A stretch of 64,000 nt of DNA, taken from the NCBI GenBank assembly GCA_002796125.1, contig PCWA01000109.1, forward strand, positions 1,347-65,346, read 5' to 3'. Shown here piece by piece: positions 30,276 through 39,291 of the stretch. A program made the position numbers and the translations under genes. The notes beneath the pieces were generated by a model. It saw nothing but the letters and a program-made list of their open reading frames with translations, had not been told where the DNA came from and ran no database searches. Each line of letters starts with the position of its first letter. The first letter of the stretch is position 1. Source of the DNA: Candidatus Ghiorseimicrobium undicola. Its GTDB lineage: Bacteria; Omnitrophota; Gorgyraeia; Ghiorseimicrobiales; Ghiorseimicrobiaceae.

Positions 30276-31559
30276 TGTAGCGGACACAATTGACTGATAA
30301 GTAATTTTCAGTAATTTTTTAAGCGTATTCATGGAAATATTTAGCGCCGGCATAAGCACAATTACATTACCTAACGGCCTTAGTATTGCCCCCCGTTTTC
30401 TTGCTTCGTTTACAACCTTTAGGCCTATTCTTTCTTCCCAATGATAAGGCGTACCGGCTTTTTTATTCTTTATTAATTCAATACCCACCATAAAACCCAA
30501 TTGCCGCACCTCTTTTACGTTCTTAAGTCCTTGAAAAACCTTAAGTTGAATTTTTAGATAGTTAATTTTTGGCTTGAGCTTCTGTAAAGTTTTCTCTTTT
30601 TTGAATATCTTAAGATTTGCCAAAGCGGCACTGCAAGCCAAAGGATTGGCAGTATAACTATGCCCATGAAAAAATGTCTTTTTATGGCCGTAATATCCTA
30701 AAAAAGCCCTGTATATCTTATCGCTGGTAATGGTTGCGGCTAAAGGCAAGTAGCCCCCCGTAATGCCTTTACCTAAGCACATCACATCCGGCCTAACCTT
30801 CTCATGCTCACAAGCAAACATTTTTCCGGTCCTGCCGAATCCAGTAGCCACTTCATCAGCTATAAACAATATATCATAACGGCTGCAAAGCAGTCTTGCC
30901 TTTTTTAAAAAACCGCTAGGACAAAGCAGCATCCCGCCTGCCCCTTGTATCAATGGTTCAATAATCAAAGCGGCGATTTTTTTATGATGCCTTTTTAAGA
31001 GGGTTTCCAATTTTTTTTCACAAAAACCAGCCATGTAAGAGCCAAACAATAGCGGCTTGTATATATTATGAAACAAATTAATCCCTCCCACGCTCACGGA
31101 ACCTACGGTGTCACCGTGATATGAATTATTAAAATATATAAATTTTGTTTTACCGGCCATACCCTTATGGCGCCAATATTGAAAACACATTTTAAGCGCT
31201 ATCTCAACGCTGGTCGAGCCATTATCAGAATAGAATACCTTATTTAAGCCAGGAGGCACTATGCCGATTAATTGCCTGGCAAGTAAAATAGCTTTCTCAT
31301 GGCTTAAGCCTAAAAAAGTTGAATGCGCGATTTTCCCAAGCTGCTTTTTTACTGCCGAATCTATTTCTTTGTTTCTGTGACCATGCACATTAACCCATAA
31401 AGAAGAAACGCCGTCTATGAACCATCGGCCATGCATATCTTTTAAATACACCCCCCTGCCTTCCTTGACAATCAAAGGATCTTCCCTCAACCAATCGCGC
31501 ATCTGGGTAAATGGGTGCCAAACATATTTTTTATCCAGTTGAGTTAAATTTTTACGCAT
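30261..31559 (-). CDS. bioA: Adenosylmethionine-8-amino-7-oxononanoate transaminase
   Basis: VWHPFTQM, SSLWVNVHGH, DNGSTSVEIALK, DEVATGFGRTG, FFHGHSY. Last 4 codons and the stop come from the IS end. Confidence 0.95.
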   Translation of the reverse strand: MRKNLTQLDKKYVWHPFTQMRDWLREDPLIVKEGRGVYLKDMHGRWFIDGVSSLWVNVHGHRNKEIDSAVKKQLGKIAHSTFLGLSHEKAILLARQLIGIVPPGLNKVFYSDNGSTSVEIALKMCFQYWRHKGMAGKTKFIYFNNSYHGDTVGSVSVGGINLFHNIYKPLLFGSYMAGFCEKKLETLLKRHHKKIAALIIEPLIQGAGGMLLCPSGFLKKARLLCSRYDILFIADEVATGFGRTGKMFACEHEKVRPDVMCLGKGITGGYLPLAATITSDKIYRAFLGYYGHKKTFFHGHSYTANPLACSAALANLKIFKKEKTLQKLKPKINYLKIQLKVFQGLKNVKEVRQLGFMVGIELIKNKKAGTPYHWEERIGLKVVNEARKRGAILRPLGNVIVLMPALNISMNTLKKLLKITYQSIVSATGNVK

Positions 31560-32202
31560 TTATAATCCCATCCAGCATGATCTTTATGTTTCTAAAATTA
31601 TTATGGGGAACTACTCCCAGCACGGGAATATTAGAAATACTTTTGATTATCCCGGGATTCGTGCTTTCGACAACGCCGGGCCTCGGGCCCCGGGTGTTAA
31701 ATATTAACCCCGCTATTTTGAGCCCCTTATTCTTTGCATGCTCAATGGTAAGCAGAGTATGGTTTATGGCCCCTAAGCCAACATCTGCAACAATAACTAG
31801 AGGCAGGCCCAAATCAGCCGCCAGATCAGAAATAAAATAATCTTTTGTTAACGGAACTAAAAGTCCGCCCGCTCCCTCAACCAGCATGAATTGGTGAAGA
31901 TTAGACAACTTCTCAAAACTATCAAGTACGATTTTTTTCCTAAACTTTATTCCTTCTTTCTTGAATGCCAAAAGGGGAGCGTAGGAATGCTTTAAAAAAA
32001 ATGGATTAACCAACACCTTCCCGTCTTTAACGCAGGAAGCGCGCATCAATATTTCTGCGTCATTCCCCGCGCATTGCACAGGTTTCATCACTCCGCAATC
32101 AATGCCGCGTTTCTTAAGCAGCTTTATTAAAATACAGCTTACGGTAGTCTTTCCTATATCTGTACCGACTGCCGTAATAAAGATTCCTTTTGCCATAATC
32201 AT
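31552..32202 (-). CDS. bioD: Dethiobiotin synthase
   Basis: TDIGKT, KPVQC, VEGAGGL.VP, LGAINHTLL. Confidence 0.95.
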   Translation of the reverse strand: MIMAKGIFITAVGTDIGKTTVSCILIKLLKKRGIDCGVMKPVQCAGNDAEILMRASCVKDGKVLVNPFFLKHSYAPLLAFKKEGIKFRKKIVLDSFEKLSNLHQFMLVEGAGGLLVPLTKDYFISDLAADLGLPLVIVADVGLGAINHTLLTIEHAKNKGLKIAGLIFNTRGPRPGVVESTNPGIIKSISNIPVLGVVPHNNFRNIKIMLDGIINA

Positions 32203-32978
32203 CTATCGGGTTTTACCGCTCTAACGAATATTTTTTCAAAAGAGGCGCTTATTTTATCGCCTGTTTTAAATTTTTCCATATAGAGCTTACCTGCCAATTT
32301 CAATAATCCCCTTGCCTCAAGAGCAGAAAATTTTAAACCTGCCTTATTTACTCCTAAAATCTTGAGCCAACGCAAGAGCTCGAAAATATCGTAAAATTGC
32401 TCATTTTCTACGCTGGCCGCCGTATCTATAGCGCCAAATCCTGCTCTCTCTAATTTATTACGGATTTCCTCCTCGGAGGGAAGTGTTTTTATAAATGCGG
32501 TGTTTTTTACTTTACTAATGCATTCACGGAGCTGCCAAAGGGTCGTTTTGCCAAAAAGAGAAATACAGAATAAACCGTTGGGCTTTAGAATTCGCATAGC
32601 TTCACTGAAAGCGCCATCCAGGTCAACTATCCATTGATATGCAAGGTTTGAGACTATCAAATCAAAAGCGCTTCCAGTAAAAGGAAAATGCTGCCCATCA
32701 GCCTGCACCAATAATTTCACGCCATTCGTTTTTGCTTCTTTCAGCATGCCTAAGGCAAAATCCAAGCCTATAATTCTTGATCCCGGAAAATTACGCGATA
32801 TCTCATTTATCATGCCGGCTGTGCCTGTCCCTACATCTAAGGCCATGCCGAAGCTGGCGCCTTTAAAAAATTGGCTATCGATAAACTCCCGGCATATACG
32901 CTGCTGTATAAAAGCATTCTTGTCGTAATCCGCGGCGGCTTTGGAAAATACCCTGCGTATTCCGTTATCAGCTCGCAT
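32199..32978 (-). CDS. bioC: Malonyl-ACP O-methyltransferase BioC
   Basis: FSKAA..YD..A..Q, LDVGTGT, FDLIVSNLAYQW; bio operon context. Confidence 0.88.
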   Translation of the reverse strand: MRADNGIRRVFSKAAADYDKNAFIQQRICREFIDSQFFKGASFGMALDVGTGTAGMINEISRNFPGSRIIGLDFALGMLKEAKTNGVKLLVQADGQHFPFTGSAFDLIVSNLAYQWIVDLDGAFSEAMRILKPNGLFCISLFGKTTLWQLRECISKVKNTAFIKTLPSEEEIRNKLERAGFGAIDTAASVENEQFYDIFELLRWLKILGVNKAGLKFSALEARGLLKLAGKLYMEKFKTGDKISASFEKIFVRAVKPDR

Positions 32979-32985
32979 AATTATT

Positions 32986-33102
32986 TTAATGAGTTCCCGA
33001 TGATTCGCTTTTGCAAAGCAAAACGAGTCAGTGAGAACGGATTAACCCCGCGGAATATTGAAAAATTCTCTTCGATAATTTTTCAATGTTTATGCTGCGG
33101 AG
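32986..33102 (+). repeat. Tandem-GA hairpin element (divergent copy) upstream of bioC
   Basis: TTAATGAG-TTC...GAAC-GGATTAA followed by CCCCGCGG...TTATGCTGCGGAG. Confidence 0.65.
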
Positions 33103-33116
33103 CTTGCGTAGAAAAA

Positions 33117-33800
33117 TTATTCTTCGCTGTCAGATAAATTATTTATGAAATTATGGATAGCCGCGTTAAATGCCTCAGAATTAGTCAAAAAGGGTAAATG
33201 CCCGGCATCCATCTCTTCGATTACCGCATGAGGTATGTGCTCCCTCAGCATGCGCGCCTCTTTAGATAGACATATAATATCTTCTTTACCCGAAATTAAG
33301 AGAACCGGCGCAGTGAATCCATCGAAACATCCGGAAAGGTCTATATCCTTAAGGAAAAAAAGGTATTTCAATAATTCCTCGTTATCATCTTGCCGATTCT
33401 TTTTTAAAAAATCGCATTGCCGGAAAAATTCCGCGGATATTTTTTCTTTCGGGCTAAATATCCAGCCGTCAAAACTGCTCAATAGGGCATCCGGATCTTT
33501 CTTAAAACTTTGTATGATACGCCGTACTAACGGTTTTTGAAAACATAAAGCGGGAGCTACTCCGATTAAGGCAGATGGCATTTGCTTTTTCGCCGATAAA
33601 TAATCAACCAGCTTAAACCATCCTAAAGACCAGGCAATAAATACAGTCCTGCTAATATCTATGCTATCAAGGCAATCTTTAAGCTTTTCTAAATCACATA
33701 ATAAAACATTAGTGCCGCACTTAAAAAAATATTCTTTTTGCCTTTGCCAGATCCCCGCTTTAAAACTCCATCCGGGTAAAAAAATGATATTTTTAAACAC
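33117..33800 (-). CDS. bioH: Pimeloyl-ACP methyl ester carboxylesterase, BioH-like
   Basis: LPGWS, AWSLG nucleophile elbow, ISGKED, GHLPF; between bioF and bioC. Confidence 0.75.
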   Translation of the reverse strand: MFKNIIFLPGWSFKAGIWQRQKEYFFKCGTNVLLCDLEKLKDCLDSIDISRTVFIAWSLGWFKLVDYLSAKKQMPSALIGVAPALCFQKPLVRRIIQSFKKDPDALLSSFDGWIFSPKEKISAEFFRQCDFLKKNRQDDNEELLKYLFFLKDIDLSGCFDGFTAPVLLISGKEDIICLSKEARMLREHIPHAVIEEMDAGHLPFLTNSEAFNAAIHNFINNLSDSEE

Positions 33801-34968
33801 TGGTAATTATGCCAAATTTTTTAGCTGTGGTTAGAATTTTATCCAGACAAAATTTTAAATCACGCTTTGTATGCGCAGCAGTCAATGTAATACGCAGCCG
33901 GGAGGTCCCCTCCGGGACAGTCGGCGGACGTATCGCCTGCACAAAAATCCCCTGTTCAAATAAACGCTCGCTAAACTCCAGCGCTTTTTTCGCATCACCT
34001 ACCAACAAAGGAATAATCGGAGTCAGATCGTCGCTTATTTTAACGCCCCGGGATCTTAAAGACTGTCTAAAAAAAACTATATTATCCCGCAGTTGATTTA
34101 GAGAATAAGCATCGTTTTCGACGATATCTAAAGCGGCCAGAGATGCGGCACATAAGGATACCGGGAGCGCTGTTGTATAGATAAAACCCCTTGCTTTATT
34201 CACCAGATAATCAATCAAAGATGAACTGCCGCAAATATAGGCGCCAAAACTACCCAGCGCCTTACTTAAAGTACCCATCTCTATAAGGCGCCTGCTGTCT
34301 ATGACAAAATGCTCAATAGCCCCCCTGCCGCTTTTACCAATAACACCTGTGGCGTGGGCCTCATCAATAAATACATAGGCATCATAACGCTCTGCCAAAT
34401 CCACTATTTTATCTAAAGGCGCCAGGTCTCCATCCATGCTAAATACGCTATCCGTAGCAATAATACGCCTTCTAAAACGCTTAGCGCGTTTTAAAAAACT
34501 CTCCAAGGCCTGCATATCCACATGCGGATAACGCCATAATTTTGCCCTGGATAAAATAACCGCATCAATAATCGAGGCATGATTTAATCTATCGGAGAAA
34601 ACAACGTCATCTCTTCCGGCTAAAGCGGGAATCAAGCTTAAATTGGCAGAATAACCGCTATTAAATACCAATGCTGACTCAAACCCTTTAAACGAGGCTA
34701 TTCTTTTCTCAAGCTCATTATGCAGCATCATGCTGCCGCAAACCAGCCGAGAGGCACCCACCCCCAGGCCGTATTTATTTATTGCCTCAATAGCATGGTT
34801 CTTTAAGCGGGCATCATTGCAAAGGCCTAAATAATTATTTGAGGAGAGATTAATAAAAAATCTGCCATCTATGGTAATTTTTGCTTCCTGAGGGCCTTGC
34901 ACTAACTTTAATTCCCTCAATAAGCTATCATGCTTCAATTTTATTAATTCGTCTTGAAGGAAGTCCAT
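33793..34968 (-). CDS. bioF: 8-amino-7-oxononanoate synthase
   Basis: SSNNYLGL, DRLNHASIID, DEAHATG, GTLSKA. Start moved to ATG 34968 (MDFLQDEL). Confidence 0.95.
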   Translation of the reverse strand: MDFLQDELIKLKHDSLLRELKLVQGPQEAKITIDGRFFINLSSNNYLGLCNDARLKNHAIEAINKYGLGVGASRLVCGSMMLHNELEKRIASFKGFESALVFNSGYSANLSLIPALAGRDDVVFSDRLNHASIIDAVILSRAKLWRYPHVDMQALESFLKRAKRFRRRIIATDSVFSMDGDLAPLDKIVDLAERYDAYVFIDEAHATGVIGKSGRGAIEHFVIDSRRLIEMGTLSKALGSFGAYICGSSSLIDYLVNKARGFIYTTALPVSLCAASLAALDIVENDAYSLNQLRDNIVFFRQSLRSRGVKISDDLTPIIPLLVGDAKKALEFSERLFEQGIFVQAIRPPTVPEGTSRLRITLTAAHTKRDLKFCLDKILTTAKKFGIITSV

Positions 34969-35090
34969 AACTAGTGATCGGTAGTGTCTATAAGCTATGA
35001 TTAGAGAATAATTTTTACGGTTGGGCTCGCCTGGCCGGCTTCGGTTTCTTAGCTGACCCAAACCAAAATATGATACGGGCTTGCTCTATC

Positions 35091-36083
35091 CTAACCCCGG
35101 CTGATTACTCTAAGCCCTAGATCTTGAATCATCTGGATATCATCCTGAGGCCTGCTCCCGGGGGTAGTCAAATAATTCCCGATAATAATCGCATCAGCTC
35201 CTGCCATAAAAATAAGAGGCTGGAGATTACGCAGATTAACCTGCCTTCCTCCGCAAATTCTTATCTCCTTGGTAGGAAGTATAAAACGGAATAAGGCAAT
35301 AGTCTTAAGGATGGATAGCGGCCTAAGCGGTAAAAAGTTCATCATCTGAGTATTGGCTATGGGATTTAAAAAATTTAAGGGAAGGCTATCAATATCCAAA
35401 TCCTTAAGCGCAAAGGCAAATTCAATCCTCTGCCTATCCGTCTCTCCAAGGCCTATTATACCTCCGCAGCAAAGTTCTATACCGGCTTTTTTTATAATCT
35501 TTGCAGTTCTTAGCCTATCGGCATAGGTATGAGTAGTGCATATTTTAGAAAAATAACTTTCCGCGCTTTCCAAATTGTGATTGTATCTGTCTAAACCGCA
35601 TTTTTTTAATTTTGAAGCGTCTTTTTCCGATAATATGCCCAAAGAAGCATCAATTTTTAGATTTGGATAGAGCCTCTTGATCTCGCCTATAGCTTCACAA
35701 ATTACTGAAAGCTCATCATTATTTATCCCCCTGCCGCTTGTTACGATGCAGAACCTATTGGTCCCTTGCCTAAAAGTATCACCTGCCCTATTCAACATCT
35801 CATCTTTAGAGATTAAGGGATAAGTAGATATGCTGGTATTGTGGTACCCGGACTGCGCGCAAAAAGCGCAATCCTCAGGGCACATCCCGGAACGCGCGTT
35901 AGTAATGGCGCATAAACTCACAGCATCATGCCTATATTTAGTCCTGATTTTAGAAGAAGCGGATAGAATATCGGTTAAATATTCTTCAGGCAGCGAATAA
36001 AGCTGTTCTGCTTCCTGGAAACTTAAATTTTCGCCTTTTAACACCTTATTTTTTAGCCCGTTTAGCATATTATATATTTTCAT
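35091..36083 (-). CDS. bioB: Biotin synthase
   Basis: CPEDCAFCAQS radical SAM motif, YNHNLES, CCGGIIGLGE, GNYLTT. Start probably ATG 36083. Confidence 0.96.
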   Translation of the reverse strand: MKIYNMLNGLKNKVLKGENLSFQEAEQLYSLPEEYLTDILSASSKIRTKYRHDAVSLCAITNARSGMCPEDCAFCAQSGYHNTSISTYPLISKDEMLNRAGDTFRQGTNRFCIVTSGRGINNDELSVICEAIGEIKRLYPNLKIDASLGILSEKDASKLKKCGLDRYNHNLESAESYFSKICTTHTYADRLRTAKIIKKAGIELCCGGIIGLGETDRQRIEFAFALKDLDIDSLPLNFLNPIANTQMMNFLPLRPLSILKTIALFRFILPTKEIRICGGRQVNLRNLQPLIFMAGADAIIIGNYLTTPGSRPQDDIQMIQDLGLRVISRG

Positions 36084-36090
36084 ATTAAAC

Positions 36091-36124
36091 AATGTAAACT
36101 TTATTATATATATTAGTTTACAAT
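36091..36124. promoter_or_regulatory. BirA operator (bio box)
   Basis: TGTAAAC-N16-GTTTACA palindrome immediately upstream of bioB. Confidence 0.85.
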
Positions 36125-36140
36125 AAGTATAAAAAATATA

Positions 36141-36641
36141 TCACAATCTCAAACCGTTATTTTTTTTGAAATGATTTACCAACCCTCCGTCTGCCAATAA
36201 TGTTTGCAATACCTTGGGGATGGGAAGAATTTTTATTTTTTCTCCTCTAGTCTCATTATTTATTATAGCACGATCAAGATCTATCTCTATATTATCGTTT
36301 TCATCTATTTTATCCGTATCGGCTTCTATAAGATTTAAGCCGATATTAAAAGCATTGCGGTAAAATATGCGGGCAAAGCTCTTGGCCACAACCGCCAAAA
36401 TTCCCGCTTCTTTTATTACCAGCGGTGCCTGTTCCCGCGAAGAGCCCATACCAAAATTTTCTCCTGCGACTATGATAGATTCATTAGGCCTTACTTTTTT
36501 GACAAAACCCGGATCAAGATCTTCAAAAATATATTTAGCAAGCTCTTTCATGTCGGTTATGGAAAATTTATATCTGCCGGAAATAATTAAATCCGTATTT
36601 ATATCATTACCTAATTTTATTGCCTTGCCTTTAAGTTTCAC
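36141..36641 (-). CDS. leuD: 3-isopropylmalate dehydratase / homoaconitase small subunit (LeuD type 2)
   Basis: DINTDLII, GENFGMGSSREQA, AKSFARIFYRN. Confidence 0.88.
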   Translation of the reverse strand: MKLKGKAIKLGNDINTDLIISGRYKFSITDMKELAKYIFEDLDPGFVKKVRPNESIIVAGENFGMGSSREQAPLVIKEAGILAVVAKSFARIFYRNAFNIGLNLIEADTDKIDENDNIEIDLDRAIINNETRGEKIKILPIPKVLQTLLADGGLVNHFKKNNGLRL

Positions 36642-36691
36642 CCCCGCTCTTCCTTTCTGTTCTACCCCCGAATCCTTTAGGAAGGGCGGGG
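36642..36691. repeat. GC hairpin CCCCGCTCTTCCT...AGGAAGGGCGGGG (copy 1)
   Basis: 16-nt identity with 48465-48480; abuts the leuD GTG start. Confidence 0.6.
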
Positions 36692-36699
36692 TTCATAAT

Positions 36700-37749
36700 T
36701 TAGAGATTTTTAAAATCATGCGGATTCTTTACTTTAGCCAATACCGCCTCATAGGAAACTATGCCAGCTTTATATAATTCCTTTAACGACTTATCCATGG
36801 TTCTCATGCCGTGCTGGGCTCCTGTTTGAATCAACGTAGGTATCTGTTCTACCTCCTGCTCGCGTATAAGATTACGGATTCCGGAGGTGCCTACCATTAC
36901 CTCGCAAGCCAATACCCGGCCTTCTCCTGATGCTTTAGGTAAAAGTAATTGTGAAACTACGCCCTGCAGGCAATCCGACAACTGGAGCCGTACCTGCTGC
37001 TGTTGATGAGGAGGGAAAACATCAATGATTCTCTGTATAGTCTGCGGCGCATCAGGCGTATGCAATGTCGCTAGAACCAAATGGCCTGTTTCTGCGGCCG
37101 TAAGAGCCGTAGATATGGTTTCCAAATCACGCATCTCTCCAACTATTATAACGTCCGGATCCTGCCTAAGCGCATGACGCAAGGCTTCGGCAAAAGACCG
37201 CGTATCGGAAAAAACTTCTCTCTGCTTAATAATGCTTTTCTTATTGGAATGGATAAATTCTATCGGATCTTCAATACAGACTATTATGCAAGACCTTTCG
37301 CTATTTATCAGGTTTACAATAGAAGCAAGGGTTGTTGTCTTTCCCACGCCTGTCGGCCCGGTTACCAAGACTAAACCATTGGATTTACGGGCCAGATCCA
37401 ATACTATTTTCGGAAGCCCTAAATCCGCTATATCGGGAATTAATAAAGGTATTCGCCTAAAAGCGGCCTCAACAGAGCCCCGCTGAATATGCACATTCAC
37501 GCGAAATCTATCCAGTCCGGGCAAGGCTAAAGAAAGATCAAGCTCTAAATCTTTTTCAAAGGCCTCTTTTTGTGATTCGGTAAGCATGCTATAAATTAAT
37601 TTTTTAGTATCTTCTTTGTTAAGTTTAGGGTGGTCTATATTAACCAGATGGCCGTCGATACGTAATATCGGAGGCGCATCCACCGTAAGGTGCAGATCCG
37701 AAGCTTTTTTTTCAATAGTCAGCATCAATAATGATCTTAAATCCAGCAT
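36700..37749 (-). CDS. pilT: Type IV pilus retraction ATPase PilT
   Basis: ASDLHL, GPTGVGKTTT, IEDPIE, VGEMRD, TLHT, IRNLIRE. Confidence 0.93.
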   Translation of the reverse strand: MLDLRSLLMLTIEKKASDLHLTVDAPPILRIDGHLVNIDHPKLNKEDTKKLIYSMLTESQKEAFEKDLELDLSLALPGLDRFRVNVHIQRGSVEAAFRRIPLLIPDIADLGLPKIVLDLARKSNGLVLVTGPTGVGKTTTLASIVNLINSERSCIIVCIEDPIEFIHSNKKSIIKQREVFSDTRSFAEALRHALRQDPDVIIVGEMRDLETISTALTAAETGHLVLATLHTPDAPQTIQRIIDVFPPHQQQQVRLQLSDCLQGVVSQLLLPKASGEGRVLACEVMVGTSGIRNLIREQEVEQIPTLIQTGAQHGMRTMDKSLKELYKAGIVSYEAVLAKVKNPHDFKNL

Positions 37750-37758
37750 TTCAGCTCC

Positions 37759-37983
37759 TTAATGAGCATATCCGCCTATGGCGAGATATGCGCGAATTTT
37801 CGCCGTAGGCGAATCAGCCTTCGGCTGAAATCCCGAAACCTACCCACAAGGGTAGGCCATCCTGATACCTTTAAAGGATGGGCCCAAGCAGTAAATTTAG
37901 AATAAATTTACAAGTGTTTGGACAAGGGATACAGTTTTCAAATTGCTAAACACATCCGCCGTAGGCGGATAAGCGTGAATTAA
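37759..37983 (+). repeat. Composite hairpin element (modules A+B+C with extra GNA mini-hairpins)
   Basis: Homologous to 56769-56934; contains CGCC-GTA-GGCG, TAAATTTA-GAA-TAAATTTA and ATCCGCC-GTA-GGCGGAT. Confidence 0.8.
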
Positions 37984-37987
37984 ACCG

Positions 37988-39250
37988 CTATTTTTCCAAA
38001 TAGATACCAGGGTCAGTAATCTTGCCGTTAATAGCAGATGCGCAAACCGTAGCCGGAGATGCAAGATAAATCTCCGCATCAGGATTGCCCATTCTGCCTT
38101 TAAAATTCCTGTTGGCCGTTGATATAACCGTTTCATTATCTGACGGCACCCCCATATGCGTTCCCACGCAAGGCCCGCAACCGGGGCTAATCACCGCGGC
38201 ATTCGCATTAATAAAAATTTTGATTAAGCCTAGTTTTAAAGCTTTCAGATAAATCTCTTTTGACGCTGGAGCCACTATAAACTTAACATCCGGGTTAATT
38301 TTATTGTCCTTTAATATTTTAGCACCAATTTTTAAATCTGCAAGCCTGCCGTTAGTACAAGTTCCTAAAAAAGCTTCGTCTATGTGCGTACCTGCGACAT
38401 CAGCGACCGGAAAAACATTATCTACGGTATGCGGCTTAGCCACCTGCGGAGTCATGCCGGAAACATCATATCTTTTAACGAAAGAATACCGCGCGCCTGC
38501 GTCTGCTTTGTATATAACCGGATTACGCCCGCTGTTCTTTAATTTCAGCCAATCCAGCACTTTCTTATCCACGGGGAAGAAAGCGCATTTTGCGCCCATT
38601 TCTACAACCATATTGCTCATAGTAAAGCGCCCGTCAAGATCAAGGCTGTCAATCGCCTCTCCGTAAAATTCCACAGCTTTGTAAGTGGCGCCATTAGCAG
38701 TTAAATCGCCTATAATATAAAGTATAATATCTTTAGCAAAAACAGATTTAGGCAATTTGCCGCTTAGTTCTATTTTTATCGTCTCAGGCACGCGAAACCA
38801 ATTTTTCCCGCTGGCTAAAGCTATGGCCAAATCAGTAGAACCCACTCCGGTAGAAGCAACTCCTATAGCACCATAGGTACACGTGTGCGAATCTGCTCCT
38901 AAAACCAAATCCCCTGGCAGTATCTTCCCGGAGAAAGGAATAACTTCATGGCAAACTCCGCAGCCGATATCATAAAGATTTAAGCCGAATTCATTAGCAA
39001 AATCGCGCATTTTTTTATGCACCTTGGAGACCCCCATATTCGGGCTTGGCGAACTATGGTCAATAACCATAGAAAATTTATCCTTATTTGCCAGCCGCTT
39101 CACCCCCAACTCCCTTATCCGGTCAATTATAATACTACTTGTGCCATCCTGGCCAAAGCAATAATCAACATTACATACGGCAAAATCGCCTGCTTTTAAA
39201 TCCTGGCCGGAATGCGCGCTTAATATTTTTTCAATAATTGTTTTATTCAT
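37988..39250 (-). CDS. leuC: 3-isopropylmalate dehydratase / homoaconitase large subunit (LeuC type 2)
   Basis: IDH, GADSHTCTYG, GTCTNGR, CGPC.G, NRNFKGRMG. Confidence 0.9.
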   Translation of the reverse strand: MNKTIIEKILSAHSGQDLKAGDFAVCNVDYCFGQDGTSSIIIDRIRELGVKRLANKDKFSMVIDHSSPSPNMGVSKVHKKMRDFANEFGLNLYDIGCGVCHEVIPFSGKILPGDLVLGADSHTCTYGAIGVASTGVGSTDLAIALASGKNWFRVPETIKIELSGKLPKSVFAKDIILYIIGDLTANGATYKAVEFYGEAIDSLDLDGRFTMSNMVVEMGAKCAFFPVDKKVLDWLKLKNSGRNPVIYKADAGARYSFVKRYDVSGMTPQVAKPHTVDNVFPVADVAGTHIDEAFLGTCTNGRLADLKIGAKILKDNKINPDVKFIVAPASKEIYLKALKLGLIKIFINANAAVISPGCGPCVGTHMGVPSDNETVISTANRNFKGRMGNPDAEIYLASPATVCASAINGKITDPGIYLEK

Positions 39251-39291
39251 AATTTAAATCTCGTTACAGTTTTATCAGTTGCTTAACCAGG

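Noticed and set aside
34969-35090. bioB-bioF spacer with GGTAGTGT (IS256-end-like) and an imperfect hairpin
   Set aside because: Only 6-8 nt of similarity, with no second end or TSD; insufficient to call a mobile element.
37897-38136. 79-aa minus-strand ORF
   Set aside because: Alternate frame of the leuC 3' end running into the hairpin element.
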